From a virus (Duplodnaviria > Caudoviricetes): DNA of 64,000 bases. Made by a program: the position numbers and the translations under genes. This document shows, piece by piece, positions 18,572-26,365 of the stretch (the stretch's first letter is position 1; each line of letters starts with the position of its first letter). The notes under the pieces were generated by a model that did no database searches, was not told where the DNA came from, and saw nothing but the letters and a program-made list of their open reading frames with translations. Where the stretch lies: IMG/VR virus record IMGVR_UViG_3300031867_000008, positions 76,957-140,956 of that record; one strand, 5' to 3'.

Positions 18572-19557
18572 ATACTATCCTTTTGAACAGTAGTCAATGC
18601 GTTTGCGACACTTTCGGTTCTTACTTCAATATTCTGCTCAGTAGAATTATCATCGGTATATCTACCTCTCGAAACTACAGGGTAATCTTCCTCTGATAAA
18701 GTTCCGTTAGCAACAAGTTCATCAATTAACTTGTCAGCTTTTTCGTTATTTATGTAATACTTTTCATCTACTACATCATCAAGAACATCTTTGAGTCTAA
18801 GACCATTATCGAAAGGCTTTGGGAAGGTCATTTTGCCTGTGTCTATATCCTTGCGAATTGCTATTCCAAATACTCTTTCGCGATTTTGAGGAACGCCGCA
18901 GTTCTTAGCATTGAGAACTTCGTAATAGGTATTATAATCAAGCTCATTAAGCACCTCTATTAGTTTCTGAAAATCAGGCATAAATTTCTTTGAAATTAAG
19001 TTTTTGACATTTTCAAAAAATAAATACTTCGGAGCTTTATTATCGGTAACAGCTTTTCTTAACAATCGAACTTGTTGCCACAACAATGACGATCTTGTTC
19101 CGCTACCCTCTGATAAGCCCTTCATTGCTCCCGCGACAGAAATATCCGTGCATGGCCACGAAACTGTCCATAAATCAGCATAAGGTAATTCCTCAATACT
19201 GCTTATGTCTCCAAGATTGTTGGATAACTTCATAGCAAGCCAATACTTTTCAAGTTCCTTACTTTTACTTTTTGTTTTCTTGTTCCAATCGTAAGGCTTG
19301 TTCTTCTTGAAATCAAATCCTATATTTCTATCTAATAGGTCTTGCGCCATTTGTTCTCTACTCGGATAATCGGAATAATTCTCGATCATTTCGTTAGTCA
19401 AACCGTTATGTATAGCCGCATATGAAACCATTACATCTTTATCAATATCAGAAGTACAATTTACTGTTAGGTCAAACAATCCCGTATTCATAATTCCTCG
19501 CTCTTGGTTTCCTAACCCTGAGAAAAGAACATTTGCTGACAATTTAACCTTTTCCAA
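18532..19557 (-). CDS. dcm: C5-cytosine DNA methyltransferase, catalytic N-terminal part (motifs I-VIII plus first TRD)
   Basis: LFSGLG, SWPCTDIS.AG (catalytic PC), FENVKNL, PQNRERVF, ANALTTVQKD; lacks motifs IX-X. Confidence 0.92.
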   Translation of the reverse strand: MEKVKLSANVLFSGLGNQERGIMNTGLFDLTVNCTSDIDKDVMVSYAAIHNGLTNEMIENYSDYPSREQMAQDLLDRNIGFDFKKNKPYDWNKKTKSKSKELEKYWLAMKLSNNLGDISSIEELPYADLWTVSWPCTDISVAGAMKGLSEGSGTRSSLLWQQVRLLRKAVTDNKAPKYLFFENVKNLISKKFMPDFQKLIEVLNELDYNTYYEVLNAKNCGVPQNRERVFGIAIRKDIDTGKMTFPKPFDNGLRLKDVLDDVVDEKYYINNEKADKLIDELVANGTLSEEDYPVVSRGRYTDDNSTEQNIEVRTESVANALTTVQKDSMCLKCSAPNRVSR

Positions 19558-19560
19558 CTT

Positions 19561-20406
19561 TTAATCAATCCTTTCAATACTTACAACATTGCCACCTATA
19601 TTGTCAAGTACTCCACAATCTCCCATTGTCCAAGCAGAAGAATCAAGGCAGTCTGTATCGCATATAAATTCCACCACGTTCAATCTGCCGTCTCCGCAGA
19701 CATGATACCAACTTTTATAGCCATCATAACTAACAGCATCATAGCCTTTGGCATCACTCATGATTACAGAATAGCTGTTTCCTTTGTCGGTAGTGACAAT
19801 AAATCTGTCACCAATTTCGCCATAGTATGTTCCGAGCGCAACGCAATAGTCATTACCTATTCTTCTGAATCCTTGCCAATCAGTCCACGCAGACTGTTGG
19901 AGTTCCCACTGTTTGCTACTCGTATCTGTCAATGTCCGATAGTCCATAAACCCATAACAATCGGTTTCACCCGATGGAATGGCGAGCGATTCAAAATCAT
20001 CTTGTCCAGAATCTGATTCAGATTCAGAATCAATTTCCATGGAATCGCATATCGTTTCTTCATCAGGAATTATCGTTTCAGGCAAATCAGCTTCATTATT
20101 GCTATCATTTGCATTATTTTTATAATATAAATTTGTTAATGTGACAGCATTTTCAGAATCTGTTATTGAAGCGTCATCTGTTTTCAAAGGTTTTAAATCT
20201 TCAAATTTAACCCTTTCCGATTCAACTAACGAAGATGAATAGTATGTAACTGCTTTTTCTTCACTGTCAATAGTATTACTCTGAAAACTTTCACTACTCT
20301 TTTCATCATTGGAACTATCAACTTTAGTGGCTACATTTGCTGTTATAAGCAACGCTGTTCCAATAATAAATAGTGTTGTATACAATTGATATTCATGTTT
20401 AATCAT
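19561..20406 (-). CDS. Membrane-anchored/secreted protein with an acidic linker and a C-terminal 3D/DPBB-like (cell-wall-associated) domain
   Basis: N-terminal hydrophobic helix; YCVALGTYYGEIGDRF.V......Y.VI..D.K pattern. Confidence 0.5.
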   Translation of the reverse strand: MIKHEYQLYTTLFIIGTALLITANVATKVDSSNDEKSSESFQSNTIDSEEKAVTYYSSSLVESERVKFEDLKPLKTDDASITDSENAVTLTNLYYKNNANDSNNEADLPETIIPDEETICDSMEIDSESESDSGQDDFESLAIPSGETDCYGFMDYRTLTDTSSKQWELQQSAWTDWQGFRRIGNDYCVALGTYYGEIGDRFIVTTDKGNSYSVIMSDAKGYDAVSYDGYKSWYHVCGDGRLNVVEFICDTDCLDSSAWTMGDCGVLDNIGGNVVSIERID

Positions 20407-20638
20407 TGTTCACTATCCACTTTCCGAAATCTTCAAGAATATTGTCAAGTTGACATTCAGGAAATTGAATCTTCACCCCGTCAGACAAGTCAATTAAACT
20501 CATCACCGACATTAGTGAGCAGGCTGGAAACTCATAATTTCTTCCTCTCACAATCAGATCGTCACCATACTTGCTTGCTAAATCCACAAAGTTCTTTATA
20601 TCTTTGTAAAACTCAATTTTAATTATTCGGCTTATCAT
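20399..20638 (-). CDS. HPr-like protein (frame also open upstream to ATG 20776)
   Basis: DIKNFVDLASKYGDDLIVRGRNYEFPACSLMSVMSLIDLS resembles the clostridial HPr-like family (AKSIMG region, Ser46 equivalent kept, no His15); GGAGG 8 nt before ATG 20638. Confidence 0.65.
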   Translation of the reverse strand: MISRIIKIEFYKDIKNFVDLASKYGDDLIVRGRNYEFPACSLMSVMSLIDLSDGVKIQFPECQLDNILEDFGKWIVNND

Positions 20639-20876
20639 TTCACAATCCTCCCAAAACTCATCATTATCATATGTTTTTCTTGCTTCTTTATAAAATGGAA
20701 CGTTATCGGAACAGCCGTTATCGCATTCATCGCTCCAATAAATGTCCATAAAATCTCGATAAAATTCCTGTTTCATTTTTTGTCTCCAAGGTATCTTTAA
20801 TGTTCTTTGAACCATACTTTTCACCACCTTTATTGATATTTTCAACAGTAACTCACGCTATAATCTTTTTAAAATG

Positions 20877-20956
20877 GTGCAGTAATAACGTAAAGCGTTT
20901 GTAAAAGACCAAATTTTACAAACTTTTACAAACGGTATTTCACGTTATTACTGCAC
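20877..20956. other. 80-nt long inverted repeat / hairpin in a transcript leader
   Basis: GTGCAGTAATAACGT...ACGTTATTACTGCAC (15 bp perfect) enclosing CGTTTGTAAAAG...CTTTTACAAACG. Confidence 0.8.
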
Positions 20957-21003
20957 TATTTACACTATATCGCTAAAATTACATCTTTTATCTCTGTAAT
21001 TAT

Positions 21004-21074
21004 ATTATACACCACAATAAGCATTTTGTCAAGTACTTTTCAACAGTCATTGACGATTTTACAATTTGTTAATA
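21004..21074 (-). promoter_or_regulatory. Sigma-A promoter with a conserved upstream element
   Basis: TTGACA (21027-21032)-17 bp-TATAAT (21004-21009); the 35 bp from the -35 upstream are nearly identical to 39198-39232. Confidence 0.85.
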
Positions 21075-22732
21075 TTATTAGAAGTAGTTGTCAACGCCAT
21101 CGGTAAAACAGTACCCAAATAATAATTCTGGTTACTTACAGTTTTTTCATAGCTCTTTTCACCCTCAAATTCATTGACAATTTTCTGTTCCTCAGAAGTC
21201 ATATCTTTATAGGTTTTAGTACCATAGTCATTAGGAAGAAAATTCTTTTTCTTTCCTGCAAAGATATTCCATTTCTTTAACAGTTCTTCATTGGTGAACC
21301 ACAAATGAATAGTTCCCTTTTTCTTGAACTCAATATCAAAGAAAGCACAATGTATTTTTTCTCCGTTATAGTTCTTACTGCTCTGATAGCTGCGAATGAT
21401 CCAATCAACTCTATGCTCTGCTGTAAAGCCACCATTTAAAAATATGAGTATCTTTTCTATTTCATCAAGTTTTTCTTCTGCTTTCCACAGATCCCAACTA
21501 TTACAATACCGAGCATCGAATACACCATAGCAAGGAATAATGATTTTCTTATTTAATTTGTAAGCATCATTTGTACACCAACCATTATAATAATGAACGT
21601 TACTGCTGTTACTCATGCTGTTTTTATAAGTGAGTTTATCGAACTGTTTTAAGATAGCATCTTCCATATTAGTTGACATACGTTTTGAAAGTTCAAGTTG
21701 AATTTCTTTAATGTTGCTTAAAGTAAAATCAAATGCTCTGAATTGTTCTAAGTTTGCTCGAAAATAATCTCTTGTTGCCTGTGTGAGCATAGGAGCAATA
21801 GCATCGCTTGAAAACAATATGTTCCAGTATTTAGCTCTAAGTTCTCTAAGAAATGCGTTGTGTTTTGAATACTTTTCATTATCACTATCACGAGAATTTA
21901 TGTGTATACCAATCAAAGCGTTGTCACGTTCTCCTTTTGGAATGATATTTTCAAACCTATCAAACGTGTCAATTAAACTCAATCCTAAAATACACTCGTC
22001 ATTGTACTGTTTAAGAACGTTAGCAATTACATCGTTAGTCGCAAGCTGATAATCGTTGCTCATACTATCATACTTAGGCTTGTATTCTTGCGCTCGATTC
22101 ATTTTGGTGAACATATCGTAATCATACTCTATTGTAGGAATATCAATATAAACAAGAGCTATTTCTACATCAGTTTTACGTTCGCTGTCAATGAACTCAT
22201 CTTGTAAATATTCAATATCAGCGTGATATTCATTTAACTTATTTACAAGGTCTTGTCTTATGTTGCTATAAGGATTCCTTAAAGTTTCAGCGTTGAGAAT
22301 ACAAACAATCTGACCGCCAGTTCTGCATAACTCTATTGCTTTGAGCAAATGCTTATCTCCCTCGATAAAAGGTGGGTTCATAGCAATTAAATCATATCTC
22401 GAAAAGGTGTCCCATGTTAAGAAGTCAGCTTGTGTAACATTATAAGCATTTAGAATTGTTCCACTTATTCTTTCGTCTTTAAGAATAGCTACAAGATTAG
22501 GATCGATTTCTACACAGTCAATTGAAACATTCCATTTGGAAGTCCTGTCATAAAGATCGTACTTTGAACACTTCTCTTTTTCTTCTTTAATAAACGTGTT
22601 TTTCAACCCTTTTATTATGTCACCCTTACCAGCAGAAGGTTCAAGAATTGATTTAACCTTGTGCCATTTTACTTTATTGTACATCTTTTCAACAAGTGAT
22701 AAAGGTGTAGGATAAAACTGTATTCCAAACAT
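21059..22732 (-). CDS. SAM-dependent (adenine) methyltransferase with a DUF4942-like C-terminus
   Basis: QFYPTP, ILEPSAGKG, AMNPPF, C-terminal FKKKGTIHLWF. Confidence 0.82.
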   Translation of the reverse strand: MFGIQFYPTPLSLVEKMYNKVKWHKVKSILEPSAGKGDIIKGLKNTFIKEEKEKCSKYDLYDRTSKWNVSIDCVEIDPNLVAILKDERISGTILNAYNVTQADFLTWDTFSRYDLIAMNPPFIEGDKHLLKAIELCRTGGQIVCILNAETLRNPYSNIRQDLVNKLNEYHADIEYLQDEFIDSERKTDVEIALVYIDIPTIEYDYDMFTKMNRAQEYKPKYDSMSNDYQLATNDVIANVLKQYNDECILGLSLIDTFDRFENIIPKGERDNALIGIHINSRDSDNEKYSKHNAFLRELRAKYWNILFSSDAIAPMLTQATRDYFRANLEQFRAFDFTLSNIKEIQLELSKRMSTNMEDAILKQFDKLTYKNSMSNSSNVHYYNGWCTNDAYKLNKKIIIPCYGVFDARYCNSWDLWKAEEKLDEIEKILIFLNGGFTAEHRVDWIIRSYQSSKNYNGEKIHCAFFDIEFKKKGTIHLWFTNEELLKKWNIFAGKKKNFLPNDYGTKTYKDMTSEEQKIVNEFEGEKSYEKTVSNQNYYLGTVLPMALTTTSNNINKL

Positions 22733-22737
22733 TTATA

Positions 22738-23127
22738 TTATTCCTCATTTTCTAATAATTTTAAATATGTTTCTTTATCAATTATTTTGTTATCGAGCGC
22801 AAAGTACAACCATAAGTCCCGTACTGTTCTAAATGGAGTTTCAACAATGCCATCACCAGTATCGTATTCGCATTTTTCATTATACTCATCACCGAAGTCA
22901 AGTTCATAAATGAAGTAATCAAAAGTATCTAATTCGTCATTTAATACTTTTTCAGTCATATTTATAAGATAACGAAACATTTTCAACATTGGTTCGGTTT
23001 CAAACAAATCAAGTGACTCATTGCTCGCTCCATACACAATATCACAAAATTCCATATATTCCTTAATAGCTTTTGTGATCCTTTGAAATTCATCATAAGT
23101 AATATTATTTATTTTTTCAGGAAACAT
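22738..23127 (-). CDS. Hypothetical protein
   Basis: DYFIYELDFG motif common in phage proteins; AAGGAG RBS. Confidence 0.7.
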   Translation of the reverse strand: MFPEKINNITYDEFQRITKAIKEYMEFCDIVYGASNESLDLFETEPMLKMFRYLINMTEKVLNDELDTFDYFIYELDFGDEYNEKCEYDTGDGIVETPFRTVRDLWLYFALDNKIIDKETYLKLLENEE

Positions 23128-23145
23128 TATTATCTTTCAACTCCT

Positions 23146-23400
23146 TTACTTATCCTTAATCAGCGACTTAATTAAATCAGAATAGTTTGTGATGCAAAGA
23201 TTTTCTAACTCATATTCTTCGACCATTAGAAGAACGTCAGAAAGTATCTTTTTTAATGAGCAAATTTCTTGATTAAGTCGATCAGCAGTCTCCTTTAATC
23301 TGTTTATATCTCGAATGGCATCTGCATACTGATTGGTATTTATTGTGTGCTGTTTAGCAGTATCAAATACAATGCGTTTATAGTTCATAACTACTACCAC
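23146..23400 (-). CDS. Hypothetical coiled-coil protein
   Basis: 84-aa ORF in operon. Confidence 0.6.
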   Translation of the reverse strand: MVVVMNYKRIVFDTAKQHTINTNQYADAIRDINRLKETADRLNQEICSLKKILSDVLLMVEEYELENLCITNYSDLIKSLIKDK

Positions 23401-23427
23401 TTCCCTCTTTTAAAGTCACGTTTTATT

Positions 23428-23958
23428 TCACTTAATTCTAAGCGACTCCCCTTGTGGCTGAATAACACCATACTCACTCACAATAGAGCCATCTTCTTTA
23501 ACCTCTCCATGAGAATTTATAAACTCTCTCAGAGCATCGCCATCAACTTTATCGGGTTGCTTTATCCTAAACTTCTCAGGAAGATCGGTAATGGGAACAG
23601 ACAAATCGAGTTTTCTCTTACCACCATTTTTCTGAATGTTAAATGTAAATAAATCGGTTGTGATTCTTTTTTTACCAGTTATCTCCATTGTAGTTTTAAG
23701 ATTGTTCTTTAATGACTTGATTCGATTCTGGAAAGTAGTCTTTCGCTTCTCCAATCTGTCAAGTTCACTTTCAATACCGATGATTTCATTTTCAAGATTT
23801 CTGATAATGCGACCATAACAATCTGCCTTATAATCAATGTCCATACTTTCTTCTGAACTTTCGAGAGTGTCTTGAATCACATCGTCTGGGATCTCCATGT
23901 CCTCTAACATATACATGAGTTCGAGATACTTTCCTGTTAATTCATATAAACTTGCCAT
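23428..23958 (-). CDS. Siphovirus Gp157-family protein
   Basis: MASLYELTG, KADCYG..IRNL, TDLFTFNIQKNGG, C-terminal ESLRIK. Confidence 0.88.
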   Translation of the reverse strand: MASLYELTGKYLELMYMLEDMEIPDDVIQDTLESSEESMDIDYKADCYGRIIRNLENEIIGIESELDRLEKRKTTFQNRIKSLKNNLKTTMEITGKKRITTDLFTFNIQKNGGKRKLDLSVPITDLPEKFRIKQPDKVDGDALREFINSHGEVKEDGSIVSEYGVIQPQGESLRIK

Positions 23959-23978
23959 AATTCATTTTCCTTTCTGTA

Positions 23979-26351
23979 TTACATTTGATTATTAAGCAGA
24001 GCAGTAAGAAACGTCTGCTTATTATTAACTTCTTTAGTATGAATAGCTTTTCTTACGGCACCAGTCTGACCTACAAGAACGCAATATTTCTGCGCTCTTG
24101 TAATAGCTGTATATAACCATTCTGCATTATTCATTATGTACGAGCTGTTGTCTATTCCAACTATTACAGATTTAAACTGCGAACCTTGTAATTTATGAGT
24201 GGTGCAAGCGTAGGCTAATTCAAGATTCTTACAATCATTCTGTGTAAATACTACCTCTCCAAGACCGATAAAATCTATAATTGTTTCGCCATCGTCTTTT
24301 ATTTCTTTAACGATTCCAATATTACCATTAAACACTGAAACGCTTGTATTATCAATAGATTTTACATCATAATTATTTTTAACGTTTATTACTTTATCGT
24401 TTCTGCGAATATGATATTCTAATTTCTCACCCTCTGAGGTCTTACCCATGTATATAACAATTTCATTACCTTGAACAAACTTAGGATTGTATATCTCTTG
24501 AATAGCGTTATTTATACTATAACAAGACAAATCACCTTGAACTCTCTTAGCTATACAAACCTGAACCTCTGTTATATCATTATCATTCTTTTCTAATTCA
24601 GTCTTAAAATGATTGATTATTAAATCCTTTATAAAAAGTTTGTCTTTTCTTATGTCAAGCTCCATATCCTGTAACTCACCAAGAATTTTGTTACCCTCAT
24701 AGTCATTGTTGAAAATCTGTTCTTGATGAGCAATGCTCATTGAAGTCGGTATAATGCCGCTTCTCATAGCTTGTCTATGAGGTTTTGTAAGTTTCACTAT
24801 CGGAAGAACATCGCTATTGAGAATATCCGCAAACACTTGACAATTTCCGATTGGTGTAAGCTGCTGAACATCACCCAAGATTATAACTTTTGCTCCTGTC
24901 GGAATAGCTTTTAATAAGGCTAAGAACAAGCTACCATTTATCATAGTGGCTTCATCTATTATAACCATATCAGCTTCCAACTTTTCATACTCGTTGTGCA
25001 TAAATCTGTGAATTTCAGGATTCCAACCTAACGTTTTGTGAATAGTTGCGGCAGGAAGTCCTGTCACTTCTGAAATACGAAGTGCAGCTTTACCTGATAA
25101 CGCACATTGAATGATCGTTACTCCCACACAAAGTTTACTAATTGCTAAAGCAACACTTGTCTTACCCGTTCCGGCAGAGCCTGTAATACAAACAACGTTA
25201 TTATTTACCGATTTTTCAATACCTTGCATTTGTTCATCTGTAAAATCAAATCCTTGTTGTTCTTCAATTTCTTTTACTTTTTCTTGCCAACCGTCATATG
25301 AAAACTTCTTGACAGAATAATCTTTCTTAACAAACGAATTATTAAAATCACTACCAAAAGGATCATCTTCATCAAAAGAAAAAGGTTCAACATCTTCTTG
25401 TTCTACAATTTCAACATTACCAACATGAAGGCGTATGAGTTCTTCTTTGATTCCCTTTTCTAACATATAATATTTTCTTAGTGCTACATATTCACCATCA
25501 TCGGTAACTATAATAGACTTTTGATCTATAAGCAACTGCGCCGCTTTCTGTATGGCTTCGTCTGTAATACCTTCTAAGGTATCATATATTGCTGTCAATA
25601 TATCTGAGTAAGATACATAACTTCTACCCATTTCGCCCTCATCAGTAAGAAAATTCACTATAAAACCTTTTGCTCTTTGAGGATCAGTATAACTCATACC
25701 GCCCTTAATAGCTATGCTATCGGCAGTTTTAAAACCTATCCCCTCAACATTTACTAAGTCATAAGGATTGTTTTTTATCACATCGACTATTATATCAGGA
25801 GATTTATAGTGTTCTCTTAATTTTCTAAGCATTGTATCTGTTAAGCCATACTCAGAAAGTTCCATAAACATTGTCGAGTAATCTTTTGAATCCTCATATT
25901 CATCTATAATTCTTTGTGCTTTGATTTCCTTTATACCCTTTATTTTACAAAGCGATTCAATATCATGATTTTCAAGTAAAGGAATAACGTCATCATACAC
26001 TGAGAAAATACTTTCTACAACGCTTTCACTAAGAAAACCTTTGAGAAATTTCCTCTGCTTTTTCGGATCACTCAAATCAAGAACCTTATTCATATATTGA
26101 ATTTGGTATGTATCTCCATACTGCTCATGGTGTTCAGCCAAAACACATTCAACTTTATACTTTTCACCATACTCTAACCGAGGAACATTACCTTTTAGTT
26201 TTATCTTTTTCAAAGGACACGATTCAATGTTTTTTATTACAGACGCTTGAAAAATGGCAAACGAATTACTTTCCACAACACTTTTATTCTTTGGAAAGAA
26301 GATTCTATCCAATAATATCTCACATTTTAATACAATTGGTTCATTGCTCAA
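23979..26351 (-). CDS. recD2: RecD2-like SF1B helicase
   Basis: NPYDL..VEGIGFKTAD HhH, GSAGTGKT, IIDEATM, GDVQQL, TTHKLQGSQF, LYTAITRA. Confidence 0.92.
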   Translation of the reverse strand: MSNEPIVLKCEILLDRIFFPKNKSVVESNSFAIFQASVIKNIESCPLKKIKLKGNVPRLEYGEKYKVECVLAEHHEQYGDTYQIQYMNKVLDLSDPKKQRKFLKGFLSESVVESIFSVYDDVIPLLENHDIESLCKIKGIKEIKAQRIIDEYEDSKDYSTMFMELSEYGLTDTMLRKLREHYKSPDIIVDVIKNNPYDLVNVEGIGFKTADSIAIKGGMSYTDPQRAKGFIVNFLTDEGEMGRSYVSYSDILTAIYDTLEGITDEAIQKAAQLLIDQKSIIVTDDGEYVALRKYYMLEKGIKEELIRLHVGNVEIVEQEDVEPFSFDEDDPFGSDFNNSFVKKDYSVKKFSYDGWQEKVKEIEEQQGFDFTDEQMQGIEKSVNNNVVCITGSAGTGKTSVALAISKLCVGVTIIQCALSGKAALRISEVTGLPAATIHKTLGWNPEIHRFMHNEYEKLEADMVIIDEATMINGSLFLALLKAIPTGAKVIILGDVQQLTPIGNCQVFADILNSDVLPIVKLTKPHRQAMRSGIIPTSMSIAHQEQIFNNDYEGNKILGELQDMELDIRKDKLFIKDLIINHFKTELEKNDNDITEVQVCIAKRVQGDLSCYSINNAIQEIYNPKFVQGNEIVIYMGKTSEGEKLEYHIRRNDKVINVKNNYDVKSIDNTSVSVFNGNIGIVKEIKDDGETIIDFIGLGEVVFTQNDCKNLELAYACTTHKLQGSQFKSVIVGIDNSSYIMNNAEWLYTAITRAQKYCVLVGQTGAVRKAIHTKEVNNKQTFLTALLNNQM

Positions 26352-26365
26352 AAATATCCCACCTT

